A stretch of 64,000 nucleotides of DNA from an uncultured Nitrososphaeraceae archaeon (GTDB lineage: Archaea > Thermoproteota > Nitrososphaeria > Nitrososphaerales > Nitrososphaeraceae): NCBI GenBank assembly GCA_963825865.1, contig CAWGVG010000060.1:32001-96000 (forward strand). The letters run 5' to 3'. This document shows, piece after piece, positions 11,349 to 21,458 of this stretch. The translations under genes were made by a program, and so were the position numbers. Below the pieces are notes generated by a model. The model saw nothing but the letters and a program-made list of their open reading frames with translations, searched no databases and had not been told where the DNA came from. How positions within the stretch are numbered: position 1 is the stretch's first letter; each line of letters opens with the position of its first letter.

Positions 11349-12457
11349 ATGGATATACTCTTAGGACGAGAAAGAGAAATAGGAATCATTTCTATCATTT
11401 CGATTATCGTATTTTCAAATGGCTTATTATTCTATATTCAAAATATTACTGCCGATGATCTCACAAAGAGTGTGTTTGAACAACAAAGACAGCTTCAGAT
11501 ACAATCTACTGGAGAGATTGCTCAGCATGTAAGCTCAGATGTCAGCTTAGTCATGTCAATGCTCTACGGTTTGGCAAACTCGCATTATGTGCAGCAAGGG
11601 CAATTGGGAAACGATAAGACTACAAAGTTGTTGGATGATACTTATAATGCATATAATCTTACAATAGATAGACTATTTATTTTAAATAAGGACGATATTG
11701 TGGTAAATAGTTTATCTAGGCAATCATCAGAATTTTTTCCGGGTGAAGATTTATCGTTTAGAGAATGGGTAAAAGAGACAAGAAGTACTGCTACGCCAGT
11801 CTTCTCTTCTGGAGATTTTGAAAGACAAGAGATATTCAGAGAATTTATCTCATATCCAATCATAAATAGAGATTCTGGTCAATATATGGGAATGCTAGTA
11901 ACATCGATCCCTACTGTACCATTTTTTGCACATTATGGAAATGTTCAGAATATCAATTCAAAGTTCCTGGTAGCCTATGATAAAAATGGCACTATATTAG
12001 CCAATGGTGCAAGCAATACTCTCATAGGAAAGAACTTTTTTGGAGCTTACACCCAGCAGTTTATAAACTACAATAAAGGCCTAAACAATTTAACCCGAAA
12101 TTTATTAGCCGGTCAATCTGGCTCTGCAGTTTATGATTATGGACGTGGTGAAAGATTAACTACTCAGCATCCGATTCTTGTGAACAATAGGCCCGTATTT
12201 TTTATTCAGATAGTGACACCGACCTCAGAAATATATTCTAAGGTTAACAATGTTTTTTCCATACAAAGAGTGGAAATCGTTTCTCTGGTTGCGGTGCAAG
12301 CACGGTCGCTATTGCAGTCTTGGTGCTATTACTTAGAAAATGGAATATTATCTTGAGAAAGGAAGTAAAAAGAAGAACGCAGGAATTGGAAGATTCGTAT
12401 GATGAAATGAAACGTTATTTAGAGGAAGTTCTAAAAACAGTAAAAAAGAAATGGTAA
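11349..12457 (+). CDS. Membrane Cache (dCache-like) sensor without kinase output; indel near 12295
   Basis: TM, then an extracellular domain (DLSFREWV, ISYPII..G.YMG.L, D.NG), a second TM, and a short coiled coil KWNIILRKEVKRRTQELEDSYDEMKRYLEEVLKTVKKKW* in the shifted frame. Confidence 0.7.
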
Positions 12458-12511
12458 CACACCCCACATCCTGTACCAACATCTAATCAGGGATTAATCT
12501 CTCTAGCATAG

Positions 12512-12622
12512 GCATTGACTGGCAACATTGATGAAATACGTGATGACCTGAAAACAATTAAGGATATGGGAGTAGAACATATCATATTTGGCTATAATTT
12601 TCTGCCTATAGCTAGAGATATT
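12512..12622 (+). pseudogene. C-terminal fragment of LLM-class (luciferase-like) oxidoreductase
   Basis: LTGNIDEIRDDLKTIKDMGVEHIIFGYNF with no start or N-terminal part. Confidence 0.5.
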
Positions 12623-13061
12623 CGTACTTCTTTTGTAGTTAACCTACAGCAGCATTTGCAGATAAAAACATAATTTTGATCTATTTTTTTGGCTCAATAT
12701 CATTATCAGTTAATAGTTCCTTGACAGATGATTTTTCAAAATTAAATGAGTCTAACACTCGTAGGTTATCTCTTTTTGCAAGGTAGCTTTTTTACACGAT
12801 TTTCTATACTTTTGAAGAGGGTTTAAAGATCTGTCTCTATTGAATTTGTAATATCTCACTACAACATGTTTTTTCATTTAACATATAAAACAAAAATAAT
12901 TTTGTGTCTTAGTATGAACATTCAGTATTATGCTTTTAGCATACCATCATCATTACCATTTTTATCACCATCTGACGAACCTATCCTCTCTAAAACCGAA
13001 CCTTGATTTTTTATAGAATCGTTTGAAAGCCATGTAGTTCTTCGAATTGTTAAGAATCGCC

Positions 13062-13710
13062 TGCCAGATCTATAGTGTGGGATGGGATAAGATAAGAGAG
13101 CAGAGATTTGAGAAACAAAAAGAGTTAGGATTCTGGCCTTCAAATATGACAGGTCCTGGAAGAATTCCTCCAAATCAGGTATTGGACAGTCTTACCGGTG
13201 ATCAAAAGTCTTATGCAGCCAAAGTACTTGCAGTTCATTCAGCCATGATAGAATATATGGATCAGAACATCGGCAGGGTAATACAATACCTCAAAGATAC
13301 AGGACAGTATGATAACCCATTTATCATGTTTACATCTGACAATGGCAGCAGCGAACCAATCGAAGTGTACGACTTCAAATCTGCTAGCGGTGTCGACCTA
13401 ACCCATGCAAAGCAATTCGTAGCTGGGATAAACAATAGTCTGTCAAATCTTGGTAACCCAAATTCTGATTTTAACTACGGTGCATGGGGAACTTATTTGG
13501 CAGTTTCTCCACTATCTGGTTTCAAGACAAGCTTTTATGAAGGAGGTACAAGACCGCCTGCTATAATCAAAGCGCCACAATCATCACCATCGTCAACACC
13601 AGATGGCAACTTGATCAAGAGCTTTGTATATGTGACAGATATTACTCCAACAGTTCTAGACTTGGCAGGCGTCCCACATCCTTCGTCATATAAGGGACAC
13701 GACGTGCATG
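13062..13710 (+). pseudogene. Internal fragment of an arylsulfatase-family protein
   Basis: GWDKIREQRF, AMIEYMDQNIGRV, FTSDNG, YEGGTRPP and DITPTVLDLAG. The N-terminal catalytic CxPxR region is absent. Confidence 0.75.
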
Positions 13711-13905
13711 AAAGTCTACGTTGTATTAAAGGTAGAAGTGAATGCAGCCGCTGTGTTTGGAGAAGATTTGCCAAAGCAAGAAATACTCGAAGTATGGAAA
13801 GGTGAAGAACACCTAAAACTTAAAGTTGAAGCATTGGCCAGTACGTTTCTTGACAATTCAAGAAGGTACGAAATCGTTATAGAAGAATGGGAAGTGAAAG
13901 AGTAA
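13708..13905 (+). CDS. Small acidic hypothetical protein
   Basis: 65-aa ORF with coding-like composition. Confidence 0.4.
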   Translation: MKVYVVLKVEVNAAAVFGEDLPKQEILEVWKGEEHLKLKVEALASTFLDNSRRYEIVIEEWEVKE

Positions 13906-14202
13906 ATACCAGATGAATATTAGATGCCTCTTTATTACACCTACAACTACGACTAACTAACAGAGCTATGGTGCTAATCTACTTGCTGTGATCCTTTATT
14001 GTATAACTACCACTCGATACAGCCGTTTATTCACTAGATGATAATAGTATAATTTGCATTTCTGGTGCTATATCCGATAGCTAGTTATCATCAGCACTAT
14101 CTGATATAATAAAGACAGACATTTTCAGTATATCCAATCATTCCTGCAACTGGATTGGAGCATGCTATAAGTAGAGTTATTATTACACATTTAATATGCG
14201 GA

Positions 14203-14808
14203 TTATGATACGGGTACATTTAATTCGTATTTCAATGGTTGTGGCAGGTCCGTTTTATCATTGTCTATTGTGGTAACATCTAATATGATGCTATAATTGC
14301 CATGTTGAGAAAATACAGGACCATTAACCATTATAGGATTGCCAGGGTCTGCAACCCAAGCATTTGTTAAATCATCCATATTACCACTCACCCCGTATCT
14401 TGGAGCACTGCTTGGTTTAAAATCAACGTTGAGGTTGCCATCATGGGCATGGAAGAATTCTGAAATAACATGTTTTCCGTCTTTATTAGAAATAACATCC
14501 ATTCTAACGGTTACATGTTTTATGCTTTGTTTCGTATTTTGATCCAGAAACGCAACCTTCATCAATACGTTTTGACCTGATTTAATAACTGCTGGTTCAG
14601 TTTGAAAGTTTAATGCTACTTTTCTGTCTCCTATATTTGCTGCATGTGGCATCATCATGTGTTGTGCAAAGGCATGTGGTATTATTGAAAAATATGATGA
14701 AGAAACTATGATTACTATAAGTATGCCACCATAATAACATGTGGTGCTACTACAACTTTTATGCAAGAGATTTCTCAACCACAAAGCTAATCTAAATCTC
14801 ATCTTCAT
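14203..14808 (-). CDS. Secreted hypothetical protein, possibly metal-binding
   Basis: Signal peptide ending HAFAQ, HMMMPH and FHAHDG motifs, beta-rich body. Confidence 0.65.
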   Translation of the reverse strand: MKMRFRLALWLRNLLHKSCSSTTCYYGGILIVIIVSSSYFSIIPHAFAQHMMMPHAANIGDRKVALNFQTEPAVIKSGQNVLMKVAFLDQNTKQSIKHVTVRMDVISNKDGKHVISEFFHAHDGNLNVDFKPSSAPRYGVSGNMDDLTNAWVADPGNPIMVNGPVFSQHGNYSIILDVTTIDNDKTDLPQPLKYELNVPVS

Positions 14809-14954
14809 AACAATCCATGTCTGGGGTTCTTATATTTTGAGGCTTCTTTTATTTAGAACCCAAAAGGAAGATACTGCTGTCAGTACATAGCAGAGGAACT
14901 GTTCTATGGTCATCCCTATATACTCAATACTATATATATATAATAGGGATAAAT

Positions 14955-15515
14955 ATGTCAACTACAAAAGAACAAAGAATAAAAGAACAAGAAGTAACAA
15001 TATCACAACAGCAAGTACAACAAAAAGAACACCAACAAGCTATCAATAAAGCACTAGATGAGACCAAGGACAACATCAGAAGAACAACAGACGAAGCAAG
15101 GAAAGATATCCCGCGTTATACTCAGATTGTCAACGAGTATCAAGAGGAAACTATTCAAGCAGCAAGACAGATGGCAGATAACTACTTAGAATGTCAAAGG
15201 GAAATTATCAATTCAATTCAATCAGCAATGGTGCCCCAGATAGACGCAGCAAATAGAGCAGTTACGTCAAATTGGACATCTCCAAGACATCTGACTGAAC
15301 ACTATGCAAGATTAGTTAGCGCTTTTGCAGATAATACAATTGCGGTAACTAAATTAGTAAACAATGCTGTATTTGCAAACCTAGAAGCATTCAAATCATC
15401 TGTTCAAACTGCAAGAGATAATGTAAAGGAATTTTCTAGAATAGGCGTTAACAGCGCAAAAACATTAGAGCAAGCATCAAGAGGTACAGCTAGAGTAGCT
15501 GGACAGGCTTTGTAG
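14955..15515 (+). CDS. Helical Q/A-rich hypothetical protein (phasin-like composition)
   Basis: 186-aa ORF behind a strong TATA (tatatatata at ~14931). Amphipathic helical sequence. Confidence 0.7.
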   Translation: MSTTKEQRIKEQEVTISQQQVQQKEHQQAINKALDETKDNIRRTTDEARKDIPRYTQIVNEYQEETIQAARQMADNYLECQREIINSIQSAMVPQIDAANRAVTSNWTSPRHLTEHYARLVSAFADNTIAVTKLVNNAVFANLEAFKSSVQTARDNVKEFSRIGVNSAKTLEQASRGTARVAGQAL

Positions 15516-15809
15516 AATCAGACGAGCAATAACAACAACAAAAATACTTTAGAAGATGCTGATGCTTCTTCTACCTTTAGTATTTTTGTTATTAAAAGAA
15601 AATTACAATCAAAAAAGATACAAATAATCTGTATAATATAGAGTACTCTGTAAAGCCGTTTAACAACAACAAGTGTCCCAAGATGCATCAGGATCGTTAC
15701 ATGTTTAGGGCACATTGACGAGTGCAAAAATAAAGAGACGTCCAAACAAAACCGGTGACGAGTAGGAAGAAAATATATCACGAAAAAAATTGTGGGGCAC
15801 AAGTTCAAG

Positions 15810-16859
15810 TTAAATTTTATCGTCAAGGTATTCTTCACGCACAACTTGGGGGGAAGACGCCTTGAATATAGCATATAAATAATCATCTTTCTTTATTTGC
15901 AAATCAGTTCTTGCTTTCTCTGTGATCCTTGATATTATGTGAAATCTATATTCTATAATCAAATGTATATTTAAGACACCTGTCTGGAAGTTAGTGATGT
16001 TTGCTACTTTAGCCTTAACAACGTTACGAGCACTCGTTTTTAGCAATTCTTTTGATAGAATGATGTCTTCTGGCCTAACTAGTATTGCAATCCTACAGCC
16101 AATAGGGTAATTTCCTATTGCCTCTAGTGAATGTGAACCAATGTTGAAGGTAGTAACGCCACGAATTGACTTCTCAACATATCCTTCTAAGTAGTTACTT
16201 CCAGCACTGATGACATCGAATAAGAAAGATGGAGAAGGATTATTTTGAAATGATAACATGGATTCGAGTTTAGCTGTATACTCTATGACACCATTTTGTA
16301 ATACACCGAGAGAGTCAGCAAGTGCATATATGTCTTCTTCAAAATGTGTTACATAGATAGTTGGCAACCCTTGCTTGGTAAGAACTCGTCGCAACTCAAT
16401 CCTTAGCTTTATTTTAGTAGGGGTATCTAGATGTGCCAGAGGCTCATCCATCAACATAATTTTAGGCTTTGCTACAAGCATCCTGGCTAATGAAATCTTT
16501 TGCATCTCGCCTCCACTTAAACCTTGGATATATCGATTAGTTAAGTGTGAGATACCAAGATCCTCAATAAGTCTTTTGATTTCACCATAATTATCCTTTC
16601 TGCCTTTCTTTGTAAGACCAAAGACAATATTGTCATATACATTTAGATGTGGAAATAGACTTGGGTTTTGAAACATATATCCTATCCTTCGAGATTCTAC
16701 AGGTAGAGAGGTTATGTCCTCTCCTTCTACTAGAATCGAACCACTATCTGGCTTTAGCAATCCAGCAATGAGATTGAGAACAGAAGTCTTACCACTTCCT
16801 GTTGGTCCGATCAAAACTAAAATCTCTTTATCTTCTATTTTCAAGTTTAAGGGGCCCAC
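15810..16859 (-). CDS. wtpC: Mo/W ABC transporter ATPase (WtpC/ModC-like) with TOBE domain
   Basis: GPTGSGKT, LSGGEMQ, MDEP and C-terminal SARN...FKAS. Confidence 0.8.
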   Translation of the reverse strand: MGPLNLKIEDKEILVLIGPTGSGKTSVLNLIAGLLKPDSGSILVEGEDITSLPVESRRIGYMFQNPSLFPHLNVYDNIVFGLTKKGRKDNYGEIKRLIEDLGISHLTNRYIQGLSGGEMQKISLARMLVAKPKIMLMDEPLAHLDTPTKIKLRIELRRVLTKQGLPTIYVTHFEEDIYALADSLGVLQNGVIEYTAKLESMLSFQNNPSPSFLFDVISAGSNYLEGYVEKSIRGVTTFNIGSHSLEAIGNYPIGCRIAILVRPEDIILSKELLKTSARNVVKAKVANITNFQTGVLNIHLIIEYRFHIISRITEKARTDLQIKKDDYLYAIFKASSPQVVREEYLDDKI

Positions 16860-16926
16860 TGTGAATCTGATAAACTTCTTTGTCAGATTAACAAGATCTA
16901 TCCTAGCCAGTTTGATAGTTCACCAT

Positions 16927-17736
16927 TTAATTAAGTTTCACTATGTCCTGTCCTTTCTTCGTTGTAATGTAAAAAACAATTATGGCCATACTTGATAATA
17001 ATATGACTAAGATTATAGTTGGAACAGCCTGTTTGAGCCCGCCGATTGCATTATCTTCAAAGATCTGAATAGAGACAGTGTGCGGATTATATGCCATCAT
17101 CATTGTTGCTCCAAGCTCACCTATGGCTCTGACCCATGACATTATGAAAGCTATAACTATTCCAGTCCTAGCTAATGGAAGTGAAACTTTAAAGAATGTC
17201 TCGAATCTGCTTTTACCTAATACCCTTGCAACCTTCTCAAATGATTCATCAACTGATTCAAATGCAGCCTGACTTGCAAGAATCATAAATGGAGAAGCCA
17301 CATAAGTTTGTGCTATTATAACTCCGAGGATAGATTGTGTAAATTCGACTCCGGGAAAAGCTTGGACTAGAGGAGAGTATGGACCAAATACTCCAAGGAG
17401 AAGAGCACCGCTTGCAAGCGGGGGAAGAATTAATGGGATAATAACAATAATTCTCAAGAGAAACTTAGCTGGAAAATTGGTATATCTAGCCAAGAAATAT
17501 GCAAGGGGTATTCCAAATAAAGACAAAAGTAATGTAGATATGGTTGCTGAAACTAGGCTTAATACAAAAGCACCACCAACTTGAGGTCTTGTGAGAGAAT
17601 CTAACAGATGTAGAGGTTCTACAAAGATCAATATGGTGACAAGTGGATATACAATGTACGCTATTGCTATTCCAGATAAAATAAGTATAACGATATTAAA
17701 TCCCTGATGCTTTATTCCCATATGAAGGCTAACCAC
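16927..17736 (-). CDS. wtpB: Mo/W ABC transporter permease (WtpB/ModB-like)
   Basis: LPPLASG, EAA-like EKVARVLG and WVRAIGELGAT. Confidence 0.8.
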   Translation of the reverse strand: MVSLHMGIKHQGFNIVILILSGIAIAYIVYPLVTILIFVEPLHLLDSLTRPQVGGAFVLSLVSATISTLLLSLFGIPLAYFLARYTNFPAKFLLRIIVIIPLILPPLASGALLLGVFGPYSPLVQAFPGVEFTQSILGVIIAQTYVASPFMILASQAAFESVDESFEKVARVLGKSRFETFFKVSLPLARTGIVIAFIMSWVRAIGELGATMMMAYNPHTVSIQIFEDNAIGGLKQAVPTIILVILLSSMAIIVFYITTKKGQDIVKLN

Positions 17737-17795
17737 TTATTGCGTGTAATGTGTTTTTAGTTATCATCTTTCACTTTATAGTCCGATAAAGGTTT

Positions 17796-18854
17796 TTACG
17801 GTCCTAGCATTATATTTCTTATCGGAAAAGGAACTTTGTCTATTTTTCCTTCAACTATAGGTTTGATGCGGTTTAATCCTTGATTTTTTAGAATGCTTTC
17901 TCCATCTGTAGACAGTAAGAACTTGACGAAGGATATGGATCCATCTAGATTTTTGACTGTTTCTGGTATTGTTAATGAGAAATAAATTGGCTCACCATAG
18001 ACGGTTTGAGTTCCTAAAGTATAGGAGGCTTTTCTATAAAAATCAGAAAAAGATGGATTTGCAAGATTAATCTGAGGAGGTAATGTAATGTATGAAAGTC
18101 CTCTGGCTATTGCTTCATGTTTGTAGGCAGCTACAGCATCTATTTGGCCTGATTCCAAAGCGGTATTGAGAGTTTCTTCAGGGAAGAGTTGCTTTGAGTT
18201 TCTATCATCTCCTAGGATCCTTTGTTTGATATTCTGATCGCTGTAAAATATGTTAGACAGTTTTGCAGTTATAATCATATAGTATCCTTTTGGGTCCAAT
18301 TCAGGATCGGTTCTTCCAAACTTGAAACCTTGCTTTAAAATAACTTGATACCACGGTATCTCTCCTTGCCTTGCTTTCTCGAGATCATCGTAAAAGCGGC
18401 CAGAATGTGAATAAGCGATTACCATCTCGGCAGAAGCAAACTTTGCCAGCCATTGTGCAAGAGGTTGAGGTTTATCATTCATACTACTACTATTGCTATT
18501 TATTAACCTTATAATAGGAATTGTGCCTGCACTGACAAATATATCGGGTCTCCTTTGTCCATCTATAATCATATTTACAATTTGTATGGAGCCTCTTCCT
18601 TCACCTGTGTATTGATAACCTGTATCTTTATAGAATAATGGTCCAAGACCATTCTCAAATACCCTAACAAGAGAACCAGCGTACATTACAAAGACCTTTC
18701 CTCCTTGATTGGAAAAAGAAATTTGCTGGTCTTTTCCAGTCATAGCCCAACTATTATTTATGAATACGGAGGAGAATACAACGACGATAACGATATCCAT
18801 GACTATAAAAACGTGACTGAATTTATTATTTGTAACAGATATACATAAAGTCAT
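17796..18854 (-). CDS. wtpA: Tungstate/molybdate-binding protein (WtpA-like)
   Basis: YAGSL, GEGRGS, FGRTDPELDPKGY, FPEE, YKHEA and LPPQINL. Confidence 0.8.
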   Translation of the reverse strand: MTLCISVTNNKFSHVFIVMDIVIVVVFSSVFINNSWAMTGKDQQISFSNQGGKVFVMYAGSLVRVFENGLGPLFYKDTGYQYTGEGRGSIQIVNMIIDGQRRPDIFVSAGTIPIIRLINSNSSSMNDKPQPLAQWLAKFASAEMVIAYSHSGRFYDDLEKARQGEIPWYQVILKQGFKFGRTDPELDPKGYYMIITAKLSNIFYSDQNIKQRILGDDRNSKQLFPEETLNTALESGQIDAVAAYKHEAIARGLSYITLPPQINLANPSFSDFYRKASYTLGTQTVYGEPIYFSLTIPETVKNLDGSISFVKFLLSTDGESILKNQGLNRIKPIVEGKIDKVPFPIRNIMLGP

Positions 18855-19304
18855 ATTTTAGTCCTTCAATAGAATACCAATGAAGCAAGACTTTCGTGTT
18901 TAAATGTTGTGTATGGGCTTTTTCAAATTTCAGTGACTATTTTTATTCATTTGAGTTCAAGTAGAATAAGTGATCTAGCGAGTCGATAATCTTAAAAAAG
19001 AACTACTTTGTTTTGCCTTCAAATAAACAAGTAACCTGTAGTTATTTACGCAAGCCCTTTTATACAATTATTCTATATAATAATAACAAATTGAGTAGCT
19101 TGCCAAAAGAGGAAGGAGAACAATTACAAGAAACTGAGACTGAAGAGGACTCGGAAGATGATAAATCTGAAGAGGTTGACAATGAATCACCTGCAAGCAG
19201 CTTAGTAACTTTTCATTACAAAAAAGCTTTTATTCATATTGAGAGTTTTTTTTGCTTTTCTTCTTTATGTTGTTGATAGTAATAAAATATTTCAGGACAA
19301 TTTA

Positions 19305-19772
19305 TCAATGATGATAATGATCAATAGAGTCCAAAGTAGGCTGAACCTCACTCTCCTCTTTCACTACTTGTAAAACCTTATTCCAGATATGCTTCTCATA
19401 TTCATAAGCCATTATTCCTCCTACAGCAGCTCCTCCAACTAGGCCTATGGGTCCTGCAACTATTAAACCAACTGCTCCTGGAAACAAAAGACTTCCAAAC
19501 CAGGAACCTGAGGCGACTTCAACAGCATAATCGTTTGAATCCCCAATTATAGAGATATGTATTTCACGCAAGGAACCGGCAAATACTTTTATAGATTTAT
19601 TCAAAGCCACAATACTACGCAAAGGTATACCATTCATTGTCCCTTTATACTCCGAAAGGATCTGCAGATTTTTTTCATTCTCGATTTCTTCCTTTATTTT
19701 CTTGTATAGATTTTCAAGATTTGTATTAAGACCTCTGTAATGTTGTACTTTTGACACAAGCATTAACGCCAA
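19305..19772 (-). CDS. Hypothetical protein with Gly-rich C-terminal hydrophobic segment
   Basis: 155-aa ORF containing AGPIGLVGGAAVGG. Confidence 0.6.
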   Translation of the reverse strand: MALMLVSKVQHYRGLNTNLENLYKKIKEEIENEKNLQILSEYKGTMNGIPLRSIVALNKSIKVFAGSLREIHISIIGDSNDYAVEVASGSWFGSLLFPGAVGLIVAGPIGLVGGAAVGGIMAYEYEKHIWNKVLQVVKEESEVQPTLDSIDHYHH

Positions 19773-20444
19773 CTGGTTCTATATAAGCAGGGACTTGAAG
19801 TGACAACGAAATTAAATGCTCTGAATTCAATGTGACATCTTTCGTTGTTGCTGAACTTCTAAAATTATCCCTAACTCTGTATAATTTTATTTCTTGATAT
19901 GTCGCGATCATTAATGTCTGCATAAACTGCTGGTTCCAGATTACAGTGTGAACATGGATTTATCACAAAGGTTGAACTATACCCTATACATAAACATAGA
20001 GATAATACTCTTTATTTAAATGCACCAAAAAAAGTATGCAAAATTACATTGTGCAGGTATAATATTTGACAAAAAATAAAATTCTATAAGGAATACCAGC
20101 TCTTATTTTTTCTTGCTGTACTACGAAGTTATTTAAACTATGAATATGAAAAATAAACTGTCATGTGTGGTTTGGATTATGAAAACATATTCTATCATGT
20201 AACACAAACTCGCAAGAATATGAAGTGCGTTGAAGAACAGGAAGGAGAATTTACAAAAGCGATGGAAGGGCCGGCTGGCTACTTCCGAGAGCCTGGCGGT
20301 TACATAGTGGATATGCGATACAGAAAACGAAGCTGACCAGTAATATTTCTAAAGAACGTATCTCTCAGACCTACTCGACTTTTTTTATTGATTGTGATTC
20401 TTCCTCGCTCATATTAAGCAAAAATAAAATCTATCCGTTTCAAC

Positions 20445-21014
20445 CTAATACGGAGTACCTTTTGTTCTTTGATTTTTTAATGCTTCAATATACCACTCAA
20501 ATTCTTCCAAGAATCTTTTGACTCTTTTTTCATATTTTTCATCAATTAGGTTCCCATTTTGATCGAAAACTTCATGGACTCTTGATATCGGAAACGATGA
20601 GGGTATAGATGGTGCTCCCAATTCAGCAAATATTAACCTCATTTGCTGAGCTGCATTGATGCCACCAAAACCTCCAGGAGAATAAGATACTATGGCAGAA
20701 GGCTTAAAGTAATACTCTTCCAAAAAGTAATCCAACGTATTTTTCATTGCAGCGGACGTACTATGGTTATATTCTGGGGTAACAGGCAAGTAACCTTCCG
20801 CATCTTTAATTTTATTCCCAAGATCTCTTAACTTTTCTGGAGGATTTGACATCTCCTTATACATCTTGTCGAGTAAAGGCAATTTAAGATCCATTGGATC
20901 AATAAAAAATACAATATGATTGCGATTTTTCAGTTTCTCTTCCATCCAATGCGCAACTTTGATGCCCTGTCTGTCACGTCTGACCGAGCCTACTATTAAA
21001 GCAATTTTAGCCAT
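20445..21014 (-). CDS. NADPH-dependent FMN reductase
   Basis: IVGSVR, TPEYNHS, KNTLD and GGFGG. Confidence 0.92.
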   Translation of the reverse strand: MAKIALIVGSVRRDRQGIKVAHWMEEKLKNRNHIVFFIDPMDLKLPLLDKMYKEMSNPPEKLRDLGNKIKDAEGYLPVTPEYNHSTSAAMKNTLDYFLEEYYFKPSAIVSYSPGGFGGINAAQQMRLIFAELGAPSIPSSFPISRVHEVFDQNGNLIDEKYEKRVKRFLEEFEWYIEALKNQRTKGTPY

Positions 21015-21458
21015 TAATCATTTTTTATACTGGCTTATTATTATTATTAATATTCATGAGGTAGTAAGACACGCCACGATATTCTTCTATAAACGTGAGC
21101 TCCCAGTGTACCCTCCATCATTTATAAAATCAAAAACCTCAAAACGGATAGTTCCATTTAACATTTGGTAATATTTAAGAATTTCATCTAAGATTCTAGT
21201 AAATCTAATAATTCTTTTATGATAAATACAAAAAGATATACTGATTATTTCTCTTCCTTTTCTGTAGGAATTTGATAGTTTCCCTTTAGCATCTGTTCTA
21301 GTTATACATGCCGTTGCAAATAGGCCAAGATATCAAATTGTGCTTTACATAACTTGCAAGTAAGGCTAGGCTTGTCTAGTAATGCATCTTAGTTGGCCAA
21401 ATTTCCAGTCATAGTTTTTACTAACAAAATTTAATAAATGGATAAAGGGCTTTAGGGT

